Assembly (NCBI GenBank): GCA_033723415.1
Contig: JAWVXD010000001.1
Coordinates: 352,001-416,000, forward strand
From: Sulfurospirillaceae bacterium
GTDB taxonomy: Bacteria; Campylobacterota; Campylobacteria; Campylobacterales; Sulfurospirillaceae
Length of the DNA stretch: 64,000 bases
Direction of reading: 5' to 3'
Part shown: positions 56,709-64,000 of the stretch, piece by piece
How the letters are laid out: each line of letters begins with the position of its first letter
How positions within the stretch are numbered: position 1 is the first letter of the stretch
Notes under the pieces: model-generated
Told to the model about the DNA's origin: nothing
What the model saw: only the letters and a program-made list of their open reading frames with translations
Databases searched by the model: none
Position numbers and translations under genes: made by a program

Positions 56709-57332
56709 ATGATAGACATAAAACTCATTGATAAGTTTAAAAATGGCCGTACAACGGTTGAGAATGATATTTTACTAGATAGTACCTTGACAGCAACTGA
56801 AAAGATAGTCTATATGTACATCGAAATGCTATCGCACAAAGATAACTACTGTTATGCGACAAATATACAGATATCGGATCTTACCGGACAAACAATAGAC
56901 TCATTGAAACAAGCATTTAAAAAACTCAAAAAGAAAAAATACATTGTAGTCGATACGCTACAAACGCGCACACCATACAAGCGCCGTATATTCACGGAAA
57001 CACGTTTTTTACGTGCTTGGAATCAAAACACCCTACCCCGTGACTGTACGGTAAAAGAGCCAATAAAACGGCCTGACGAGCTAGATAGACAAGCAATCAG
57101 CAAGTCATTTCCAAAGTTTAGGAAATTCATAAAATTATATCTTACAGAAAATCAATTTAACATCACTACACCGGGCGAACTTCAAAACAAAACTATCATG
57201 ATCAAAAAGAACGGCTACTACACAAGCATTTGGGATGCGCGAGATCTCACAAAAGATGAAAGCGTAACGTTTGAAATGCTGATGTTCGATAAACGCGAAA
57301 CATTGCTAGATAATTTTTTCAATAAGGAGTGA
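56709..57332 (+). CDS. Winged-helix phage replication initiator-like protein
   Basis: LLDSTLTATEKIVYMYI...YCYATNIQISDLTG...LKQAFKKLKKKKYI resembles HTH_36-type phage replication N-termini. Confidence 0.65.
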   Translation: MIDIKLIDKFKNGRTTVENDILLDSTLTATEKIVYMYIEMLSHKDNYCYATNIQISDLTGQTIDSLKQAFKKLKKKKYIVVDTLQTRTPYKRRIFTETRFLRAWNQNTLPRDCTVKEPIKRPDELDRQAISKSFPKFRKFIKLYLTENQFNITTPGELQNKTIMIKKNGYYTSIWDARDLTKDESVTFEMLMFDKRETLLDNFFNKE

Positions 57333-57520
57333 AAATGCAAATCAAAAAAGGTGATATTATTGTCTATAAAGTCGGTAAGAATACAAAGCAAAGCAAAGTT
57401 AGAAAGATGAACTTTGATAATAGTGCTTCAATTTTTGCAAAAGAAAAGATCATACCTTGGGATAATATTTTAGGCGTATGCTCTACTATAAAGGATCATC
57501 ATGATAATCGAAATAAATGA
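57329..57520 (+). CDS. Phage hypothetical protein
   Basis: 63 aa, AAGGAG RBS, overlaps upstream stop. Confidence 0.6.
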   Translation: MKMQIKKGDIIVYKVGKNTKQSKVRKMNFDNSASIFAKEKIIPWDNILGVCSTIKDHHDNRNK

Positions 57521-57716
57521 GGAAGATTATGACTTTATCATGTATCTTATCAGAGAGGAAATATATGATAAAAAAGACAGTTTAGAGATACTTAAAGGCA
57601 AAGATCATTTTTATGGTAACGAAGATCCATATAGGATAAAGAGGATCAAAGAGTTAAAAAGAGAGATTAGAAAGATTATTGAACTAAGGAGAGCTTTAAA
57701 ACGAGGAATAAAATAG
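57501..57716 (+). CDS. Phage hypothetical protein
   Basis: 71 aa, AAGGA RBS, basic coiled-coil C-terminus. Confidence 0.6.
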   Translation: MIIEINEEDYDFIMYLIREEIYDKKDSLEILKGKDHFYGNEDPYRIKRIKELKREIRKIIELRRALKRGIK

Positions 57717-57726
57717 CTGTTTAACT

Positions 57727-57787
57727 CTCATATAGGGATACCGTAATTTCCCTATATGAGCGTTTTCATGTTACGGAATGAAAGCGC
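57727..57787. promoter_or_regulatory. Twin hairpins with complementary loops between early and late genes
   Basis: CTCATATAGGGA..TCCCTATATGAG (loop contains CCGTAA) abutting GCGTTTTCAT..ATGAAAGCGC (loop contains TTACGG). Confidence 0.55.
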
Positions 57788-57812
57788 CTTTATATCAAAA
57801 TAAAGGCATAAA

Positions 57813-58262
57813 ATGGGAATAACAAATTTTTTCAGCGGTTTATTTAGCAGCGGAGCCGCAAAAGTAGTCGATGCGATCGGCAATGCAGCAGATAAACTCT
57901 TTACAAGCGATGCAGAGCGTTTACAATTCCGTAATGATCTACAAAAAGAGCTAGACGATCTCAAAGTCAAACTCAATGATGCACTTGCGGCATACGACAA
58001 AGAGATCACGACACGCTGGCAAAGCGATAACGAACACATCATCACGCGCTTAGTGCGCCCTCTTTCGTTTATATACGTTCTCGTCATATTTTCATTTATG
58101 GCGCTACTTGACGGAAATATCGGAACATTTCATATCAACACGGCTTATTTGCCTATATTTCAAGGGTTACTTGGAACTATGGTTGTCGCCTACTTTGGCA
58201 GTCGTGGTATCGAAAAAGTATCAAACATAATAAAAAAATCAAATCAAGGAGATAACCAATGA
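57813..58262 (+). CDS. 3TM holin family protein
   Basis: DKLFTSDAER...RWQSD...VRP...YFGSRGIEK pattern of GTA_holin_3TM-like holins. Confidence 0.8.
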   Translation: MGITNFFSGLFSSGAAKVVDAIGNAADKLFTSDAERLQFRNDLQKELDDLKVKLNDALAAYDKEITTRWQSDNEHIITRLVRPLSFIYVLVIFSFMALLDGNIGTFHINTAYLPIFQGLLGTMVVAYFGSRGIEKVSNIIKKSNQGDNQ

Positions 58263-58594
58263 GTACAAAAAAGCAAATAGATCAGATCGAAGAGATAGAA
58301 GATCTACCCGATCAACTTGATCCACCAAATCCAGAGATTGAAAAGGAAAAGCCGGAAGTTGAGATAAAAGAAACTTTGACACCGGATCTCGAAAAAAAGA
58401 TTGATGAGATTGAACATAAATTAGATCAATATCATGTTCAATCTATCAAAAAAGAATTTGAAGATCATTCAAAAGAAAAACTACAAAGATCAAAATCTAA
58501 ATTTATTTGGTTATTTGGTAGTATTTGTGTTGCTAGTATTGGCTTAATACTTATAAAAAACGCTAAAAACAGCGAAACGGAGGCTAATGGATGA
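58259..58594 (+). CDS. Phage membrane-anchored protein
   Basis: Acidic N-terminus, C-terminal TM helix; ATGA overlaps on both sides. Confidence 0.7.
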   Translation: MSTKKQIDQIEEIEDLPDQLDPPNPEIEKEKPEVEIKETLTPDLEKKIDEIEHKLDQYHVQSIKKEFEDHSKEKLQRSKSKFIWLFGSICVASIGLILIKNAKNSETEANG

Positions 58595-59154
58595 GTAAAG
58601 AAGCGGTTGACGGAACGGATAATGGCGTAGAAAGGAATATTCCTTTTGAAGAAATGGGAAACAGTACGGAGGGCATTACCCGTACTGAGTTAATGGAAAA
58701 AACCGGCAAAGAACTAGCAAAAATGGCATTGCCTTATACAACTTGGAAAGAGAGTACATTATCAAAGTTATCTAAGCCAGAACTATGTGATATCATACTA
58801 ACAAAAGGAGCAAATAAAGAGCAGCAAGAGCCGAGAGCTAGAGCAGCAAGAGCCACGAGTGATAGTGAAGCAATTATCGAGACATTTCTTGCTATTGCAG
58901 AGAGTTTTAAGCTTAAAAGAGAAAAAGAGCCTTTAAATGCTACAGCCAAACAGATCTTTAAAAATAATGCCGTTAATTTAGTCGATAAAAAGGTTGAAGA
59001 GGAAACGTTAAGCAGCCACGGTGTAAATGTTACAGTGGCATTTATTGCCGGTACATTTTTAGCTATAGACGGGCTTATAGGCTTAGCAAACATCCCAACA
59101 TTCTTTTCAAAGATAAAGAGCAAACTAAATGTTAATAAAACAGAAGCAAAATAA
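58591..59154 (+). CDS. Phage membrane-anchored protein
   Basis: 187 aa with C-terminal hydrophobic segment, GGAGG RBS; directly upstream of ATPase. Confidence 0.7.
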   Translation: MSKEAVDGTDNGVERNIPFEEMGNSTEGITRTELMEKTGKELAKMALPYTTWKESTLSKLSKPELCDIILTKGANKEQQEPRARAARATSDSEAIIETFLAIAESFKLKREKEPLNATAKQIFKNNAVNLVDKKVEEETLSSHGVNVTVAFIAGTFLAIDGLIGLANIPTFFSKIKSKLNVNKTEAK

Positions 59155-59785
59155 GATAATTACAGTTATCGGACATAAGGGCTATGGAAAAACAGCTTTA
59201 ACAGAAGCCCTTATGCTTATGTATGATAAACCGACAATTATCGCAGATCCACGATTTCAATACTCTACTTTTCAAAAGCGCCGTGTAAGCTTTAGATCTG
59301 TAGGTGATTTTAGAAAGTGGATCTATAACACGGCAAATTTCAAAGATTTTTATAAATACAAACTCGAACTCGTCGTAAATGCTTTTGATGATACATTTGA
59401 AGAGTTAGCACATATTGTGAGACAAATGAGATCTTTGATGTTTGTCGTCGATGAAGTAGATATGTTCTTAGATCCACGGGCTACAAAAAACAACTCCTTG
59501 AACAAAATTATTCAGTATGGTAGACACCACGAGATCGACATCATAACTACTTCTAGGAGACCGGCAAACATCTCGCGTAACTTAACATCTCAAACAGATA
59601 TATTTTATTTCTCTAAGTTACGCGAGCCAACTGATAAACTGTACATAAAACAAGCGATAGGTGCAGAATATGTCAGTACCGTTGAAAACTTAGAGAGATT
59701 TAGCTTTTTAGAGTTTGAAGACGAAGAACACCAAAAGATCATCACTACTTCTGAAAGAGATCTTGAACTATTACAAAGAGGGTGA
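59129..59785 (+). CDS. FtsK/HerA-superfamily genome packaging ATPase (P9/A32-like)
   Basis: Walker A GHKGYGKT, Walker B FVVDEVD, arginine-finger region YGRHHEIDIITTSRRPANI...SQTD; about 220 aa, no TM. Confidence 0.85.
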   Translation: MLIKQKQNKIITVIGHKGYGKTALTEALMLMYDKPTIIADPRFQYSTFQKRRVSFRSVGDFRKWIYNTANFKDFYKYKLELVVNAFDDTFEELAHIVRQMRSLMFVVDEVDMFLDPRATKNNSLNKIIQYGRHHEIDIITTSRRPANISRNLTSQTDIFYFSKLREPTDKLYIKQAIGAEYVSTVENLERFSFLEFEDEEHQKIITTSERDLELLQRG

Positions 59786-59810
59786 GGAAAAATCTTTGAA
59801 AGGAGGAAAA

Positions 59811-59906
59811 ATGCAAGCAAAATTGATGAAAGGCTTTGTCTTAGGTATCACCGTAGTTGTTATAAGTGGCGTTGTGGGTAAATGGATCCCATCCGTAAAA
59901 ATATAA
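59811..59906 (+). CDS. 31-aa phage membrane protein
   Basis: MQAKLMKGFVLGITVVVISGVVGKWIPSVKI preceded by AGGAGG; the track's 59715 start is probably too long. Confidence 0.75.
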   Translation: MQAKLMKGFVLGITVVVISGVVGKWIPSVKI

Positions 59907-59932
59907 AAAAATTTATCATATAAGGAAAAAAT

Positions 59933-60040
59933 ATGAATATCACAAAACTTGATGTTTATTTGGCAGCAGGTATCTTAGTTGGCATTGCAGCCGGGAAAAA
60001 ATTTGTTGATCCGATCTTAGTTTCGGTTTTGGGGGCATAG
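59933..60040 (+). CDS. 35-aa phage membrane protein (not in ORF track)
   Basis: MNITKLDVYLAAGILVGIAAGKKFVDPILVSVLGA preceded by TAAGGA; stop lies 1 nt before capsid gene start. Confidence 0.78.
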   Translation: MNITKLDVYLAAGILVGIAAGKKFVDPILVSVLGA

Positions 60041-60041
60041 T

Positions 60042-61001
60042 ATGGCGCAATCATTAAAAGTAAAAGAAAATTCCGCAACGTGGGCAGCTTCTACTCAATC
60101 CAGGATCCCTCTTAGTAGAAATTATCATGTGGAAAATTACCTTGTGAAAATAAAAGTAACACATGATAACGGGGCAACCCCTGTGTTTTATAATGAGGGC
60201 GTTTTTTCTTTAATTAACAATATACAGTTGATTGGAAATGGCAATGAAAATATTAAACAAATGCCAGCAAACAAATTATATATCGACAGTATTTTAAGAA
60301 GTGGGAAAAATGGCGGTAACTCTCTTGATACTACAGCAAACAAAACCGGACTTACAAGCTATGTTTGGGCCCGTATCAATCTAAGTATGCCAAATTCTGT
60401 TCGACCTTGGGACACTATCCTATGGACAAAACCATTCCAATCTCTCGATCTTATGATTGATTGGGCTTCAAGTGCAAATATCGGATCTAATATTACTGTA
60501 ACAGCAGCAGAAATGACAGTATTTTCAAATCAGTTAATCGGATATAGTAGAGCAAAAGGCGAAGTGATTAAATACTATGAAGAAACAGCACTTAAAGAAG
60601 AAGTGACTGGAACAAATGCTCAATTAACTTTCAATTTACCAGTAAATAAACTTTATAGAGCTATTTCTATAGTATCAACAATTAATGGCTTAAGAGCTGA
60701 TACTGTGATAAACTCTATTAAGCTAAAAAGCGGGCAAACAGTTTTTTGTGATTGGGATGCTGAAGCATTTAACGAACACAATAAAGAAACATATCGTATT
60801 GAATCATCAACAGATTTTAAAGGAATCTATGTAGTTGATTTTGCAGAGCGTGGAAGACTAAGCGATATGCTGAATACAATCGTAGCACAAGGTGGTTACA
60901 ATACTTTAGAACTTGTTTTAAACGTCACAAAACAAACGGGATCAAACTTTGTAGACGTCTATTTTGACACGGTAAAACAGACTACAGCAACGGAGGTTTA
61001 A
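60042..61001 (+). CDS. Putative double-jelly-roll major capsid protein
   Basis: 319 aa, beta-strand-rich two-domain pattern reminiscent of STIV/PM2 capsids; located two small genes after the packaging ATPase. Confidence 0.75.
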   Translation: MAQSLKVKENSATWAASTQSRIPLSRNYHVENYLVKIKVTHDNGATPVFYNEGVFSLINNIQLIGNGNENIKQMPANKLYIDSILRSGKNGGNSLDTTANKTGLTSYVWARINLSMPNSVRPWDTILWTKPFQSLDLMIDWASSANIGSNITVTAAEMTVFSNQLIGYSRAKGEVIKYYEETALKEEVTGTNAQLTFNLPVNKLYRAISIVSTINGLRADTVINSIKLKSGQTVFCDWDAEAFNEHNKETYRIESSTDFKGIYVVDFAERGRLSDMLNTIVAQGGYNTLELVLNVTKQTGSNFVDVYFDTVKQTTATEV

Positions 61002-61002
61002 T

Positions 61003-61308
61003 ATGCCTAATTATAACGGGGATGGCACAAACGGCGGTATTTCCACCGCCTCCACTCCAATTTCAGGAACGGTAAATGGTACTGATTGGTTATCAAATAT
61101 TTTAAAGCCTATTAGTAATGCCGTTGTTACAGTTGCACAAACACAAGCACAAGTTGACGCACTAAAATCACAGACCGCTACACAACAAAATTATCAAAAT
61201 ACACAAAACGCAATTGGATCTAAAAATATCATTGGCGGTGTGGATAACAATATCTTACTTTTGGGTTTAGTTGGTGTAGTCGGAATTTACATGTTTATGA
61301 AAGGGTAA
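61003..61308 (+). CDS. Virion membrane protein
   Basis: G/S/T/Q-rich with C-terminal TM (ILLLGLVGVVGIYMFMK); follows capsid gene. Confidence 0.7.
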   Translation: MPNYNGDGTNGGISTASTPISGTVNGTDWLSNILKPISNAVVTVAQTQAQVDALKSQTATQQNYQNTQNAIGSKNIIGGVDNNILLLGLVGVVGIYMFMKG

Positions 61309-61311
61309 ATT

Positions 61312-61698
61312 ATGGGTTTCTTTGGTGGAAGTGCTAGTAGTAGCGGAATTGTAACAAGTAGCATTAATTTTAACCCGTCAATGCAGTTTGGCACAGATAA
61401 TACAGCAAAGCCCTCTCAATCAGTAAGTCAGACACCCAAATTGACACAAACTACAAAGGATCAAGGGCTAGCAGCCGCCGCAAGTGTTGGGCTTGGTTTT
61501 GGTGGGAGTGGATCTGCAGGGCCGGCAAGTTTGGCAGAAGCTCCTCTGGTTGGATCTGCACAAACTGGAAGCGCTGCACAGCCTTTAAGTACTTTGGCAT
61601 CTAATTACAAAAAATATTTGCCTTTACTTGGCTTAGCCGGAGTTGGTGGATATATGCTAATTGTAAATGATAAGTCTGGAAAAAAGGCTAAAAAATGA
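61312..61698 (+). CDS. Virion membrane protein
   Basis: G/S/A-rich, C-terminal TM then basic tail. Confidence 0.7.
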   Translation: MGFFGGSASSSGIVTSSINFNPSMQFGTDNTAKPSQSVSQTPKLTQTTKDQGLAAAASVGLGFGGSGSAGPASLAEAPLVGSAQTGSAAQPLSTLASNYKKYLPLLGLAGVGGYMLIVNDKSGKKAKK

Positions 61699-62009
61699 GT
61701 TGGTTAAGTAGTCTTTTAGGTGGTGGAGGCAGCACAAGCTCCACTACCTCAAACACAACGGTAAGTGTAAGTCCAACTACAATTATAAATACCGATAAAC
61801 TGGCTCAAGCTATAGCAGACGGAAATGCAACACAAGCACAACTTGCACAAGCAACAATCACAGCACAAGTAGCCGAACAAAACGCAAAATTGCAACAAAA
61901 CGCGCAGATCTTTGATACCTTAAGAGCAGGCGCAAAAAAATATGCTTTTTTAAGTTTGCTAGGCTTTGGAGTTTACAAGATTTTTAAAAACAAAAGAGGT
62001 AAAAAATGA
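61695..62009 (+). CDS. Virion membrane protein
   Basis: S/T-rich then Q/A coiled coil, C-terminal TM and basic tail. Confidence 0.7.
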   Translation: MSWLSSLLGGGGSTSSTTSNTTVSVSPTTIINTDKLAQAIADGNATQAQLAQATITAQVAEQNAKLQQNAQIFDTLRAGAKKYAFLSLLGFGVYKIFKNKRGKK

Positions 62010-62560
62010 ATTACAACGTAATTACAAAAGATATATCTAACGGGCTATCTCTTAGTCAAAGCAATACACTTGGAAAAGGAGATTATATTATCTTAAGATA
62101 TGCGCCGGATCTTGCGAATGTACGAGTGAGATTAAACAGCCCTGATGCTCCTGCAATAAGTATGATACAAGATGACAGCATCAATGCAAAAGGCATAAAT
62201 CTTGTATATATCGAGTGTGACCCAGTAGCAGCAGAAAAGATAATCTTTGCCCAGGGCAATACAGATCTAGACTTTCAAATCAATCCGGCTCCTGCTCTTA
62301 AAACTGTAAATGTAAACGGATCTTTTATGCCGCGTACGGATCAAAAACAAACGATAGCTGCAGGAGCAAATTTTATATTAGACACAACGACACTTAAAGC
62401 GATCAGGTTTCTAGCTACTGATTACGTTGATGTGTCACTCAATGGCAGTGCAATAAACTATCAAATGCTAGAAGATGAGATCTACACGGGTAATATCACG
62501 TCGTTAAAGTTTACAAACAACACGGCTTCAGCCATTGATCTTGTAATATGGGAGATGTAA
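62006..62560 (+). CDS. Putative vertex/penton protein
   Basis: 184 aa, beta-rich, two similar-looking halves, in structural block. Confidence 0.45.
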   Translation: MNYNVITKDISNGLSLSQSNTLGKGDYIILRYAPDLANVRVRLNSPDAPAISMIQDDSINAKGINLVYIECDPVAAEKIIFAQGNTDLDFQINPAPALKTVNVNGSFMPRTDQKQTIAAGANFILDTTTLKAIRFLATDYVDVSLNGSAINYQMLEDEIYTGNITSLKFTNNTASAIDLVIWEM

Positions 62561-62561
62561 A

Positions 62562-62942
62562 ATGTTAGGTATTTCAAGAGCTTTGGTAGAAAAACTTTTC
62601 GCAAAAAAAAGCGACAAAAATCAGTGTACAGCTTGGGTTGTATTTGACGGAACAACAACTCCTCCAACAATAAAAGATAGTTATAATGTTATTTCTGTTA
62701 CTAAAATTGCAGTCGGTGTCTACGATATAAATTTTACAATACCTATGAAAAATATAAACTACCAAACAAGTGGATCTGTAACAGATGATAATTCTTCTAG
62801 TGGGTTTATCTATGAAAGAGGCACTTTTGCACAAAATAGAACCGTTAATAAATGCAGAATTGTAACTATTCAGATATCTGGAGGTAATACAAGTACAGTT
62901 GATCGTTCAGGGATAACATTCAGCGCAATTGGAGGTATCTAA
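62562..62942 (+). CDS. Putative receptor-binding/spike protein with tail-fibre-type domain
   Basis: TAWVVFDG...IKDSYNVISVT...GVYDINFTIPM.N.NY motif common in phage tail-fibre C-terminal domains. Confidence 0.65.
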   Translation: MLGISRALVEKLFAKKSDKNQCTAWVVFDGTTTPPTIKDSYNVISVTKIAVGVYDINFTIPMKNINYQTSGSVTDDNSSSGFIYERGTFAQNRTVNKCRIVTIQISGGNTSTVDRSGITFSAIGGI

Positions 62943-63253
62943 TGGGATATTTTAAAGTAGTTAACGATTATGTTCAAACGTGTAGTAAAAAAATAGATGA
63001 TACTTGGTTTCCAATTACTAGAGATCAAAACGGAAATATCATCGGGCCGAGTGTTCTAGTCACGCAAATTGCAGATGAACAAAAAGCAACTTCAAACGCA
63101 AAAATAATGCAGCAGATAACAGCACTTGAAAGTGAACTGATAAGACCGATGCGAGAGCTTTTAAGCTCAATTGTAACAGACAAAACCTATGCTCAAACAA
63201 AGGTAAATGACATCGAAACAAAAATTGAAGCTTTGAGGGCTCAAATTGTCTAA
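62942..63253 (+). CDS. Putative fibre-associated chaperone-like protein
   Basis: ITALESELIRPMRELL...IETKIEALRAQI helical motif like proteins encoded next to phage fibre genes. Confidence 0.5.
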   Translation: MGYFKVVNDYVQTCSKKIDDTWFPITRDQNGNIIGPSVLVTQIADEQKATSNAKIMQQITALESELIRPMRELLSSIVTDKTYAQTKVNDIETKIEALRAQIV

Positions 63254-63314
63254 GAAAAAAATAATAGCCTATGGCTCTTTTTTGGTGTCATTGGTATATT
63301 TTAGGAGTTTTTTT

Positions 63315-63779
63315 ATGTACGGATTAATTTCAAAAAAACATTTGGACGAAATTATCGTCAATGTAGTTAATACACTAGGTGGAGGTCAAAATGCTATAGA
63401 TCTTTTAAGCGAAACGGCTATGTCGGAGACACACTACGGAGATACACCGGACCTACACTTACACAGCGGTTATGGAATTTTTCAATTTGATAAGCCAGGC
63501 TTTGATGATGTAGTTGCCAGAACACCGCAAAGTACAAAGGATCTCATCAAAAAAGTCTATGACATTGACATCGATCAAGTCAGCATATTGGCGCTGCAAT
63601 GGTCGCCGCTTTTAAGTACGATCTTTGCACGACTTTTTTACATGCTTCGCCCTGGTGCGATCCCTGATACAATTCAAGGACGGGCACAGTATTGGAAACA
63701 GTATTACAACACTTTTGCGGGAGCAGGAACGGTGCAACATTATCTTAATGCAAACCAAACCGAAAGGTTTAACGCATGA
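63315..63779 (+). CDS. Lysozyme-like endolysin/lytic transglycosylase
   Basis: LLSETAMSET catalytic-Glu-like helix, GYGIFQFD, YWKQYYNT.AG.GT; ATG 63315 has AGGAG RBS (alternative TTG at 63246). Confidence 0.7.
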   Translation: MYGLISKKHLDEIIVNVVNTLGGGQNAIDLLSETAMSETHYGDTPDLHLHSGYGIFQFDKPGFDDVVARTPQSTKDLIKKVYDIDIDQVSILALQWSPLLSTIFARLFYMLRPGAIPDTIQGRAQYWKQYYNTFAGAGTVQHYLNANQTERFNA

Positions 63780-64000
63780 CACCAACTTTAAATAATAATT
63801 TAGCGGATATGTTTGTTGCGTCCACACCGGTTTTGCAGACGGCACCGATACAGTCAAGCAATTTAAGTACATTTGATAAGATATTATACGGTTATGATAA
63901 TATGATCTCAAATGCTAGTAATTCAGCAGATCAAACGCTTACAGATCAAGCGATTGCACAAGAAAAATTTAAACAAAATGCATCGAATATGTATACAAAT
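63776..64000 (+). CDS. Phage hypothetical protein, truncated by window end
   Basis: ATGA overlap with lysin stop; open for 75 codons (MTPTLNNNLADMFVAS...NASNMYTN). Confidence 0.7.
   Translation, partial: MTPTLNNNLADMFVASTPVLQTAPIQSSNLSTFDKILYGYDNMISNASNSADQTLTDQAIAQEKFKQNASNMYTN

Larger units (their letters stand above)
56607..64000 (+). mobile_element. Provirus of a putative tailless double-jelly-roll membrane-containing phage; right end outside window
   Basis: Tightly packed co-oriented genes: replication protein, holin, packaging ATPase, capsid protein, small membrane proteins, lysin; begins immediately at difH. Confidence 0.85.

Noticed and set aside
57752..59820. Minus-strand ORFs in the provirus (57752-58087, 58734-59123, 59605-59820)
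   Set aside because: Fully or largely antisense to well-supported plus-strand genes, with no recognisable motifs
56709..64000. Interpretation as a filamentous inovirus (Zot ATPase, dif-integrating like CTXphi)
   Set aside because: ATPase is short with no TM anchor, a 319-aa beta-rich capsid candidate is present, holin and lysin are present, and no rolling-circle Rep is visible
56709..64000. Interpretation as a tailed prophage or gene transfer agent
   Set aside because: No terminase, portal, HK97 capsid, tape-measure or tail genes in the visible structural block; holin and fibre-like domains alone are mobile modules

Overview
AT-rich chromosomal segment whose gene set (hydABCDE, speA-hisS-tmk-coaD-ubiX-flgA, xerH/difH) points to a free-living Campylobacterota genome, plausibly Sulfurospirillum-like (inference). 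Bases 1-55.5 kb hold housekeeping and energy genes: an A2-type cytochrome c oxidase subunit I with SCO, pdxJA, ilvIH-lpxD, a tRNA-Gly embedded in the flgA reading frame, hemA-proS-hemC, two [NiFe] hydrogenases with a TetR regulator, an aldehyde:ferredoxin oxidoreductase cluster and accessory genes. The main discovery starts at about 56.6 kb. Directly beside xerH and a recognisable difH site begins a co-oriented provirus that runs off the window end. It encodes a winged-helix replication protein, a 3TM holin, a P9/A32-like packaging ATPase, two tiny membrane proteins missed or mis-started by the ORF track, a 319-aa beta-rich capsid protein resembling double-jelly-roll (STIV/PM2-type) capsids, small virion membrane proteins, a tail-fibre-like receptor module and a lysozyme-like lysin. 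No integrase is visible in it. It looks like a tailless, membrane-containing DJR virus integrated at difH by the host XerH. All family assignments come from motif recognition, not database searches.
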